Below, piece after piece: positions 7,893 to 15,214 of a stretch of 64,000 nucleotides of DNA. Within the stretch, counting starts at the first letter, position 1, and every line of letters starts with the position of its first letter. The stretch spans positions 72,446 through 136,445 of the forward strand of contig JACKGO010000008.1 of assembly GCA_020631975.1 (NCBI GenBank). The letters run 5' to 3'. The DNA comes from Candidatus Nomurabacteria bacterium (GTDB taxonomy: Bacteria; Patescibacteriota; Saccharimonadia; Saccharimonadales; CAIOMD01). The notes below the pieces were generated by a model. It did no database searches, had not been told where the DNA came from, and saw only the letters and a program-made list of their open reading frames with translations. The position numbers were made by a program, and so were the translations under genes.

Positions 7893-8476
7893 AAGCGCAG
7901 TCTACTACTTAGTTTGTCAGCAAAATCACGTCTTTTTTGGTCGTATGGTACAAATTTACCGAGCGCATCTACAACCAGATCAATCTGATCTGGGGAAACA
8001 TATACCGTAAGGGGCACACTTAATTTCTTTTGTAATAAAAGCTGTATATACGGTATGCCTTCTTCGTTAATAACAGAAAAACTCTTTATTGCATTAAACG
8101 AATATAATTTGTTGCCAATTTGTATGCCACTTGGTGTAATTTCGTACTGTAAAGTTCTTGGCTTAGCGGCTCCGTACACACCAAACAAGGCTGCCATAAC
8201 AAAGACAACAGCTACCGATAATAGTTGCCGTGTAAACACAAACACTACTGCAGCCAGTACAAGAGCGCCACCAACTAAAGTAAAGTACCATTTAGCGCTT
8301 TTATCGTGTTGTACAAATTCAGACGCACTCCAGGCTACAATTGAACCATTTTGAGCAGCGTCATACTGCTGGAAAGATTCTGGGGATGATTGGTCACCAT
8401 CTTCTACTAAATTGCCAGATGTGTAGTTCCATTGCTGAGCAGGGGGTTGTTGTTGCGACGGGTCATTAGGGTTCAT
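7889..8476 (-). CDS. membrane protein with Q/P-rich N-terminus, two TM helices and a C-terminal soluble domain
   Basis: Long ORF with hydrophobic pair WYFTLVGGALVLAAVVFVF / LLSVAVVFVMAALFGVYG. No catalytic motif recognised. Confidence 0.6.
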   Translation of the reverse strand: MNPNDPSQQQPPAQQWNYTSGNLVEDGDQSSPESFQQYDAAQNGSIVAWSASEFVQHDKSAKWYFTLVGGALVLAAVVFVFTRQLLSVAVVFVMAALFGVYGAAKPRTLQYEITPSGIQIGNKLYSFNAIKSFSVINEEGIPYIQLLLQKKLSVPLTVYVSPDQIDLVVDALGKFVPYDQKRRDFADKLSSRLRF

Positions 8477-8549
8477 CTAATGCTTATTTTACACGCTAAT
8501 GGCTATAATTGAATACATTTTGGCGTTCGAGCATACTTCACTTTGCCAT

Positions 8550-8576
8550 AAAATATACCCCAGACAAGCTGGGGCT
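8550..8576 (-). terminator. orphaned terminator, inferred to be the native terminator of tRNA-Ser(UGA) before element insertion
   Basis: ccccag (8558-8563) pairs with ctgggg (8569-8574), T-rich on the minus strand. Lies immediately outside the left att core at 8584. Confidence 0.5.
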
Positions 8577-8583
8577 CATTTTA

Positions 8584-8729
8584 TGGCGCAGTTTTACAAC
8601 CGAGCTAGAACCCATTTTGGCGCAAATGCCTGACGCACTGGCCGAAAACCCCAAAAAACTCCTCGCCTGATTTTCTGAAAGATTTCCCCCGCCGAATTTT
8701 GGAAATTGAGAGGAGTTTTTGGGGTTTTA
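8584..8729. repeat. arm A (146 bp), perfect inverted repeat of 9928-10073
   Basis: Base-by-base reverse-complement match read by eye. Contains an internal ~19-bp stem (aaaaccccaaaaaactcctc / gaggagtttttggggtttt). Confidence 0.9.
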
Positions 8730-8754
8730 GACGCTCTACTATGACAACCGGTCA

Positions 8755-8783
8755 TTGACATAAGAGCAATAATGTGCTAGTAT
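8755..8783 (+). promoter_or_regulatory. sigma70-like promoter for the Fic gene
   Basis: TTGACA (8755-8760), 17-nt spacer, TAGTAT (8778-8783), with TGc extended -10. About 50 nt upstream of the ATG. Confidence 0.5.
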
Positions 8784-8835
8784 CTTAAGCAGTCTAACTA
8801 TAAAATAAAAATACAAGAAAATCGAAAGCTAAACC

Positions 8836-9918
8836 ATGTCGAACGAGATAGTTTCCCATAAAGACAACCGCGCAGAAGATATTACAGAGTTTTTCAACTC
8901 CCAAGAGCAACTCAAAGACTCTACACAGCGTCGTGATTACTTTGAGCACCTAGATGAAAACGAGTTCCTTGATCTTGTCCAACAAACTGCGGGACTTGTA
9001 CGAACTGGTAAGGTAGAAAACCAGCATTTTGATGGCGAAACGGTCGGGTTAATGACGCATGAAGTGCCCGACCAGCGGGAAAAAGAGCAACTTTTGCGCG
9101 ATACATGGACAGTAGCAAAAGAGTTTTTGAGTGATGCCGAAATTCCCGATGAAGATGCACTGGATTATGCTGCACTTACGGTTGCTGGTGGCTTACTGTA
9201 TGCACACCCATTTATGGATGGCAACGGTCGCACTAGTCGAACACTCTCGTACATGATTGCTCGTGGTAACGGTGATAAGCAGGAGTTGCACGACATACTT
9301 GCCGAAACTGGCGGTGGCCGTAACTGGCAAGTCGCACCAGTGCCTCTAGTGACGAGCGGTCAGTCGGTGTTTGAGGGCAAGCAACCGAAATCGATTGAAT
9401 GGGAAGATACATTTGTTGGCGAGGCAGAAGATGCGCTCGGTGGTGCTATTGCCAACAGTAGATATAAAGACGCGATTATTAGAAAGTTTATCGAAAAATA
9501 CGGTGAGTTAGCCGGAGAGCAGATTAAAGGAAGTTCGTTACAGCATGAAGATGGAACTTCTACGCTAAATGGTGAAGAGTTTATTGCCAAACTTGTTAAC
9601 GATCCAGAGGCGGGCATGACAAATGCGGATGAATTGATGAAGTTACATCGTGAAGCCCGCGCCGATTATGTTCACCGGTTTCTTAAAGCAATGCAGCTGA
9701 AAGAAAAGACACAGCTTCGTAGAATCCGCCAAGGAGATTTTGAGATAACCGACCAAGATGATGAATTCCAGAGAGGGCGTAAGCAAACAATCATTAAAGA
9801 GTTTGGAAAGCGTTCCGTTAATGGATTGTTGACACCTGCCGAGCAGCAACTCGTACAGCACCGTTCGTACTCACGAATACGTCATGGGAAAGAACGGGAC
9901 GAAGATATCGCCGCTTAA
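8836..9918 (+). CDS. Fic (filamentation induced by cAMP) domain protein
   Basis: Canonical Fic motif HPFMDGNGRTSR (HxFx[DE]GNGRxxR), 360 aa. Confidence 0.9.
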   Translation: MSNEIVSHKDNRAEDITEFFNSQEQLKDSTQRRDYFEHLDENEFLDLVQQTAGLVRTGKVENQHFDGETVGLMTHEVPDQREKEQLLRDTWTVAKEFLSDAEIPDEDALDYAALTVAGGLLYAHPFMDGNGRTSRTLSYMIARGNGDKQELHDILAETGGGRNWQVAPVPLVTSGQSVFEGKQPKSIEWEDTFVGEAEDALGGAIANSRYKDAIIRKFIEKYGELAGEQIKGSSLQHEDGTSTLNGEEFIAKLVNDPEAGMTNADELMKLHREARADYVHRFLKAMQLKEKTQLRRIRQGDFEITDQDDEFQRGRKQTIIKEFGKRSVNGLLTPAEQQLVQHRSYSRIRHGKERDEDIAA

Positions 9919-9927
9919 CGGCGATGA

Positions 9928-10073
9928 TAAAACCCCAAAAACTCCTCTCAATTTCCAAAATTCGGCGGGGGAAATCTTTCAGAAAATCAGGCGAGGAGTT
10001 TTTTGGGGTTTTCGGCCAGTGCGTCAGGCATTTGCGCCAAAATGGGTTCTAGCTCGGTTGTAAAACTGCGCCA
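9928..10073. repeat. arm A' (146 bp), inverted partner of 8584-8729; also acts as a large hairpin after the Fic stop codon
   Basis: Perfect reverse complement of arm A. Shares the cgcca core (10069-10073) with arm B. Confidence 0.9.
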
Positions 10074-10203
10074 CAAGCAAACTTTTTTGGAAATTGCCGT
10101 CCGCATGGGCGGCTTTTTCTTTGGCTGCGCGGAGCGCCAGCCAGATGTTTTCAGGGGGGAAGTGGGAGCTGGGGCGCGGCTGGAGCCGCGCTTTTTTGGT
10201 TGT
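10069..10203. repeat. arm B (135 bp), perfect inverted repeat of 11757-11891
   Basis: Base-by-base reverse-complement match. Contains a terminator-like gcgcggct-gg-agccgcgc followed by tttttt. Confidence 0.9.
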
Positions 10204-10355
10204 CCGCCATAGGCGGATTTCTGGTAAAATAAGAGTGGACACAAGTTAATTTTCGGAAATTCCGTTTTTTGTAGGCTTTAATAGCCGTCTCGTACAATCT
10301 GGGATTTCCTAGCTTGTGTCCAGCGAGGCGGCTATTTAAGTTCTAGGGGGTAGCG

Positions 10356-12023
10356 ATGGCTGAAAAATATTTCATTTATGCTCGCAAGAGTACCGATGTC
10401 GAGGACAAACAAGTTTTGTCTATCGAGGCACAGATAGCGGAGTTGAAAAAGTACGCCAAAGATAACCAACTAACAGTAGTAGACACTGTTATCGAAAAGA
10501 AGTCCGCCAAAGTGCCGGGACGCCTCAAGTTTGGCGCAATGCTTACTCGAATTGAAGCTGGTGAAGCCAGTGGAGTTATCTCGTGGCACCCTGACCGATT
10601 GGCAAGAAATAGTATAGACGGCGGACAGATTGTCTATCTGCTCGACCAAACGCACCTGCAATCGCTCAAGTTTCCGACATTTTGGTTTGAAAATACCAGT
10701 CAGGGTAAGTTTATGCTGTCTATTGCGTTTGGTCAGAGCAAATACTACATCGACAACCTCGCGGAGAATACGAAGCGTGGTTTGCGCCAGAAAGTACGGC
10801 GGGGCGAGTTTCCGGGGCTTGCGCCTGTTGGGTATATCAACGACGTGCGCATACATACGATTATTACTGACAAACGCCGCGCCCCAATCATCGCGCAAGC
10901 CTTTGAGTTGTATGCTCTCGGCGGTAGCCGCCTGCAAGATATTGCCAAATTTCTGGCAGATAAGGGTGTGAAAACGAGGAGCGGCAAGCACCTCACAAAA
11001 GATATGGTGAAGAAAATACTGACCAATCCTATCTACTACGGACATTTTAAGTATGCTGGCGAGGTACATGAGGGCAAACATACGCCGATTATTAGCAAGA
11101 AGCTGTTTGACTATGTACAGGCGACGCTAGAACGACGCGGACACAAGCGCAAGGGCGCGAACGCGCCCCAAGCCTTGTGCGGCTTGTTGACTTGCGGCGG
11201 GTGCAATATGGCGATTACTGCCGAGAAAAAGATAAAATACCAGAAAAACGGCAATGTACATGAGTATATTTACTACCGTTGTTCAAGGAAACATAAAACG
11301 ATTGCTTGCAAAGAGCCGACCATAACCGAACCCGACCTTGTCGCACAGCTTGCCGACATCTTGCAGGACTACGCCCTGCCGAAGTCGTGGGCGGTAGAGC
11401 TAGAAACAATGCTCGCAGAAGACGAGAAGAAAGCAGAACAAAGTTCTGCGGTGTTTATCACTGACACACAAAACAAGATACAGAGCTTGCAGAGCAAGCT
11501 CCAGCGACTACTCGACAGCTACCTAGACCAAGATATTGACCAACATGCGTACCGTGCCAAGCAAGCCGAGTTGATGAGCCAAAAGAAGTCGCTGGAAGAA
11601 CAAACCAGCAAGCTGACGCTTGCCGCCAATAGTTGGGTTGAACCTATGCGACAGTGGCTCAAAACGGCGATTTCTCTCTGTGAAATCGCAAAATGTGCCG
11701 AGCCAGCGGCAATGAAACAGGCTTTTAGCGAAATTGACGGATTGAACCTGTTTTTAACAACCAAAAAAGCGCGGCTCCAGCCGCGCCCCAGCTCCCACTT
11801 CCCCCCTGAAAACATCTGGCTGGCGCTCCGCGCAGCCAAAGAAAAAGCCGCCCATGCGGACGGCAATTTCCAAAAAAGTTTGCTTGTGGCGGAGAGAGTG
11901 GGATTCGAACCCACGGTACCGTTGCCGGCACGCATGTTTTCAAGACATGTTCCTTCAACCACTCGGACATCTCTCCATACAGGTAGTAAGTATACCAAAT
12001 GTGATGTTGTTGCTAAAGCATAA
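10356..12023 (+). CDS. large serine recombinase (resolvase domain, recombinase domain, zinc ribbon, coiled coil)
   Basis: N-terminal YARKSTD...SIEAQ and HPDRLARN. Zinc ribbon CGLLTCGGC...YYRCSRK. The last ~90 aa are encoded by arm B' and then the antisense of tRNA-Ser. Confidence 0.9.
   Translation: MAEKYFIYARKSTDVEDKQVLSIEAQIAELKKYAKDNQLTVVDTVIEKKSAKVPGRLKFGAMLTRIEAGEASGVISWHPDRLARNSIDGGQIVYLLDQTHLQSLKFPTFWFENTSQGKFMLSIAFGQSKYYIDNLAENTKRGLRQKVRRGEFPGLAPVGYINDVRIHTIITDKRRAPIIAQAFELYALGGSRLQDIAKFLADKGVKTRSGKHLTKDMVKKILTNPIYYGHFKYAGEVHEGKHTPIISKKLFDYVQATLERRGHKRKGANAPQALCGLLTCGGCNMAITAEKKIKYQKNGNVHEYIYYRCSRKHKTIACKEPTITEPDLVAQLADILQDYALPKSWAVELETMLAEDEKKAEQSSAVFITDTQNKIQSLQSKLQRLLDSYLDQDIDQHAYRAKQAELMSQKKSLEEQTSKLTLAANSWVEPMRQWLKTAISLCEIAKCAEPAAMKQAFSEIDGLNLFLTTKKARLQPRPSSHFPPENIWLALRAAKEKAAHADGNFQKSLLVAERVGFEPTVPLPARMFSRHVPSTTRTSLHTGSKYTKCDVVAKA
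11757..11891. repeat. arm B' (135 bp), inverted partner of 10069-10203
   Basis: Perfect reverse complement of arm B. Its last 5 nt are the CGCCA 3' end of tRNA-Ser(UGA). Lies inside the recombinase ORF. Confidence 0.9.
11887..11976 (-). tRNA. tRNA-Ser (anticodon TGA), copy 1, CCA encoded
   Basis: Hand-folded: acceptor GGAGAGA/TCTCTCC perfect, anticodon loop CTTGAAA, T-arm GTGGG-TTCGAAT-CCCAC. Confidence 0.85.
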
Positions 12024-12111
12024 TATGTGTATTTACTGACGATAGTTGTGGGCATTAGAGTAAGGCATAGTAAGCTCAAGGTTAGTAGCTCAATAGAAGG
12101 TTGCGTTTTAG

Positions 12112-12963
12112 TTAGAGATTTAGATTAAGCATGTCTTCACATAAAACAATTACCGCTTTTTTGTTTACGGGTTCTTTTGTATAGCCAAGCTGAGTACCAA
12201 CTTCTTGTGACATCCTATCGAATATATCAACCATACTAAGTGTTGCTTGCCATATTTCTTTTTTTTCACTAGTTGCGCTAATACTATTTATCTCATTTGC
12301 AAAATCAATATCCATAAGCTTTTCTAAATTTCTGCCGTGAACGCCATAGTTAATGCTCCAGTTGTTACTAAGACCCACATACCATGAAAGCATTCTCTCG
12401 AATGATTCATATCGTATAGCGCTTAATAGCATATACCTAGCAAAGGCCGTTTCTCCACGACGCAAGCTTTTTGCTATATAGGGTAAATCCCAATAAAAGC
12501 CATCTACAGTTTCATAAAATTCCCTCTCAGTTGGTTTGGTAACTATGTATTTTTTTAAAGTAGGGTGTACTATTTTGGATTCTATATTATCTTTATCTAT
12601 AATTATCTTGTATCCGTTATTATAGTCTGTGCTATCAAAGTGCTGATTATCAATAATTTGAAAGTCAACCCTAGGAAAGTCTTTAAAAACAACCAGCCTG
12701 GTAAGACTACCCGGAGCAAAGCCAGCATTTCTTGGCATGAGTGGCCACTTTACTAATGTTTGTCCAAAATAGTCTAACCAGTCATCGCTGTTAAATAAAT
12801 GTAAATCTTTTACGATTAATTCTACGTCATAATCTGATAGCTTATCTGGTTTTGAGCTTTTACTGACTCGAGAGCTAGTCAATATCATTGCTCTTACATT
12901 ATCGTTTTGAGTGCCCCAGCGTTCTAACTTTGAAAGTACATCTTGTTCATTGGTTTCAAACAT
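12112..12963 (-). CDS. ant(6): aminoglycoside 6-nucleotidyltransferase, ANT(6)/AadK-type (streptomycin adenylyltransferase family)
   Basis: 283 aa, collinear from memory with B. subtilis AadK. Examples: SDYDVELIVKD...DDWLDYFG versus QDYDISYFVTD...DQWLEIFG, and PTEREF...YIAKSLRRGE versus PTAREF...YVVKGLARNE. Confidence 0.8.
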   Translation of the reverse strand: MFETNEQDVLSKLERWGTQNDNVRAMILTSSRVSKSSKPDKLSDYDVELIVKDLHLFNSDDWLDYFGQTLVKWPLMPRNAGFAPGSLTRLVVFKDFPRVDFQIIDNQHFDSTDYNNGYKIIIDKDNIESKIVHPTLKKYIVTKPTEREFYETVDGFYWDLPYIAKSLRRGETAFARYMLLSAIRYESFERMLSWYVGLSNNWSINYGVHGRNLEKLMDIDFANEINSISATSEKKEIWQATLSMVDIFDRMSQEVGTQLGYTKEPVNKKAVIVLCEDMLNLNL

Positions 12964-13148
12964 GATTCTAGTATAATTTATAACTTACAATTATAGATAT
13001 TTTTGTTTTTAGAATAAGAAAGAGAAAGAGGCATGAACGCACGATGCTAGACTGGCTTTTCTATTCCAACATCTAACTAAAGTTTTGTTCAAATCAGATA
13101 GCTTTGACAGAATTCTAAACACTCTGCTCGGGTTTTAACCTAATTATT

Positions 13149-13206
13149 ACAGCAATTTAAAAACCCCGCAAATACGGGGATCTTAAATTGGCGGAGGAGG
13201 AGGGAT
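13149..13206. repeat. 58-bp direct repeat (tRNA-Ser 3' end plus hairpin flank), partner at 15002-15059
   Basis: acagcaatttaaaaaccccgcaaat...attggcggaggaggagggat. About 5 mismatches between the copies by eye. Confidence 0.8.
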
Positions 13207-13278
13207 TCGAACCCTCGGTACCGTTGCCGGCACGACGGTTTTCAAGACCGTTTCCTTCAACCACTCGGACACCTCTCC
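13189..13278 (-). tRNA. tRNA-Ser (anticodon TGA), copy 2, chimeric acceptor stem
   Basis: 5' strand GGAGAGG but 3' strand CTCCTCC, identical to the 3' end of tRNA-Ser(GCT). This gives an A5:C68 mismatch and a G6:U67 wobble. Confidence 0.75.
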
Positions 13279-13332
13279 GTACAACAAGATAGTATAGCAA
13301 AAAACTACACAAACACTAAAAAGCGTAAAATC

Positions 13333-14262
13333 TCACCCCAAATGCGACTTTTCCGTAACTTTCGCTAGTTCCAGTGTAGCAGTCTCCGGATTATCTTTAT
13401 AATATTGCTTGAATTGAGCTGGGGTCATCATGTCAGGTAACCCCATATGCCATCTACGGTTAATGTAGTGTTTGGTAAATCTGTTGGCTCGTTCCTGTAG
13501 TTCTGCGATGTCTTTTTGTTGGTATTCGCCCCTTGGGAAGCATTCGCTTCTGAGAGATTTGTTGAAGTTTTCAATATGGCTTTGTTCGTTCTTCTTGTAC
13601 GGACGGCTATAACGATGCTCACTGACAGCCTCAACAGCCTCTCGGAAGGTTGTTTGGAACTCGGAGCCGTTATCCGACTGGTGCAATACTGTACGCCCGT
13701 AGAAGGCGTTGTGGATGGCAAAAGCCCCGGCTCCGGTGTTCATCTCTAGGTTAGTACCAATTACTACACTTGGTTCCTTCGTGAATATGTCTATGGCTGT
13801 ATATGCATAGACACCGCCACCCAGGTCTACTGTGTCGTGTTCGATTACTTCTCTTGGGGCAGAAGCTGCCACGAGAGCTTTATGTTTCTTGTAGCGCCGT
13901 ACGCCAACAGCCGCCTTGGTGAAACGTCTGTGAAGATAACGGTAGATAGTGGATAAAGCCAGGCTAATGCCATGGTTTTCTTTGAGTTCTTTACGTATCT
14001 TAGCGCCACACCAGCCAAACTCATTTCTAATGTCTACTATCTTTTGGATGGTGGTTTCTGGTATTTGAGCTTTGGGGCGACGGTGCTTGGCGGTGGTCTT
14101 GCGCTTCAGAAACAACCGGATGCCGATCTGTTTGATCTTTCTTAGCCAACGGTAGACAGTAGCCCTATCGCGGGATACTACCTGAGCTATTTGGTTGATG
14201 GTAGATTCAGCTTGGTACATATTCCATGCTGTTTCGTAGATTGTTAGTGTACGCTTAGTCAT
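13333..14262 (-). mobile_element. IS481-family-like DDE transposase gene (309 aa); IS ends not identified
   Basis: N-terminal HTH (ATVYRWLRK). rve-type core with D (HDTVDLG), D (HQSDNGSEF) and E (SHIENFNKSLRSE). Fills the ~1.05-kb gap next to the tRNA 5' end. Confidence 0.75.
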
Positions 14263-14333
14263 AGCGACACTCCTTTCTTGATGTTTAGTTTGATACCTAA
14301 ACGAAAGTATACGGAGTGTTGCTACCTTTTAGC

Positions 14334-14804
14334 TTACTTTTGTCGCATTTTTAGTGGGAATTTTCCGAAAGGGGCAGTAGCTGGATTGCTGCATTCATAG
14401 ACAGCTTGTATGGCCGGCGTTGAAGGGTTAGCGTATGCAACAAAAAAATCTAATGTACAGTACGTATTGGCAACCTGCTTATAAGCATAGGCATCTGGAT
14501 ACCAATCTTTTCCAGATAGCACATCTTTAAACCATTGCTTAACTTGTAGCTCTTGGTCTTCGCGCTGTGTCCAACCCTGAAACTGTAACTGTGAACTAAG
14601 CTTGTCTGCAACATCTACAGCAGTGTCTTTTTTTACTTGGGTATCAAATGGCATATACGCCTTGTTGGTAACGACACAAGAATAATTACTTGCTTCACTA
14701 CATACAGTAGTTGATTCTATGTTTTCAAAGCCTAGTAGGGCGAGTGGCTTTCCAAGGGCGTTATATTCGCGTGTAAATGTTTTTTGGGTATTATGTTTTA
14801 CCAT
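14334..14804 (-). CDS. hypothetical protein (156 aa)
   Basis: Uninterrupted ORF with no recognisable motif. Confidence 0.5.
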   Translation of the reverse strand: MVKHNTQKTFTREYNALGKPLALLGFENIESTTVCSEASNYSCVVTNKAYMPFDTQVKKDTAVDVADKLSSQLQFQGWTQREDQELQVKQWFKDVLSGKDWYPDAYAYKQVANTYCTLDFFVAYANPSTPAIQAVYECSNPATAPFGKFPLKMRQK

Positions 14805-14822
14805 AAAGTTATTAATAGAGCT

Positions 14823-14912
14823 TCAGATATTAAGTAACATAATGCTCCCTATAAGCAAAAAAATTACACCACTAATAGCGAGCCACGTATGTTTGTTTTT
14901 TGACCCTTTCAT
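14823..14912 (-). CDS. possible 29-aa single-TM peptide (MKGSKNKHTWLAISGVIFLLIGSIMLLNI)
   Basis: Short ORF just upstream of 14334..14804 on the same strand. Below the ORF-track size cutoff. Confidence 0.3.
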   Translation of the reverse strand: MKGSKNKHTWLAISGVIFLLIGSIMLLNI

Positions 14913-15001
14913 ATCAGTATTATATATGTTTTCTTACCACAATAATGTAAAACCCCACACATATTAAGATTCTTATGTAGTCGGTTTCGAATGCACTTTT
15001 C

Positions 15002-15059
15002 ACAGCAATTTAAAAACCCCGCAAATGCAGGGATTTTATATTGGCGGAGGAGGAGGGAT
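15002..15059. repeat. displaced tRNA-Ser 3' fragment (15042-15059) plus flank; direct partner of 13149-13206
   Basis: tggcggaggaggagggat matches the 3' 18 nt of the tRNA-Ser genes at 13189 and 15215, then diverges (gctttcag). Confidence 0.8.
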
Positions 15060-15214
15060 GCTTTCAGTGCGCAGCAATCTTACTCTAAACGAGTTTCTGC
15101 GTGAGATTGCTTGGCGCCCGAAGCCCTCGCTATCGCCAGCTAAAGCTGTCGAGCTCGGGTTCAAATCCCTGCTACAGTAAATCAAGACACCCCCATAAAG
15201 GGGGTGCTTTGATT
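15060..15214. other. 155-bp unassigned spacer between complete tRNA-Ser(GCT) and its displaced 3' fragment
   Basis: Contains stem gcaatct/agattgc, a T-arm-like gggttcaaatccc, and a bidirectional hairpin caccccc-ataaa-gggggtg. No credible ORF. Confidence 0.3.

Larger units (their letters stand above)
8584..11891. mobile_element. ~3.3-kb integrated element (Fic plus large serine recombinase) at the 3' end of tRNA-Ser(UGA)
   Basis: Bounded by direct 5-bp cores TGGCG (8584-8588 and 11887-11891), with an inverted core CGCCA at 10069-10073. Arm pairs are perfect inverted repeats. The outer flanks reconstruct tRNA 3' end plus terminator. Confidence 0.7.

Noticed and set aside
9987-10244. Track ORFs inside the repeat arms (9987..10244, 10003..10212, 10024..10242; also 11725..11970, 11854..12039, 11519..12079)
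   Set aside because: These are translations of repeat arms or tRNA antisense with no independent coding support. The ORF 10024..10242 is useful only as the mirror image of the recombinase tail frame.
8584-11891. Interpreting the two long inverted-repeat pairs as CRISPR-like repeats, IS terminal inverted repeats, or a simple phase-variable invertible promoter
   Set aside because: - Not CRISPR: there are only two copies of each repeat, at 135-146 bp and inverted.
- Not an invertible promoter: the Fic gene carries its own promoter inside the segment, so inversion would not switch it.
- The shared 5-bp core with the tRNA 3' end, and the way the outer flanks rebuild tRNA plus terminator, fit attL/attR/attP of a serine-recombinase element better than transposon TIRs do.
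13279-14333. Terminal inverted repeats of the IS481-like element
   Set aside because: I compared 13279-13332 with the reverse complement of 14263-14333 by eye and found only a weak 'tagcaa' match. No IS boundaries are claimed.
15120-15185. Possible plus-strand tRNA suggested by gggttcaaatccc
   Set aside because: The T-stem has a mismatch, and no acceptor, D or anticodon arms can be folded around it. It is likely a decayed tRNA or att remnant.
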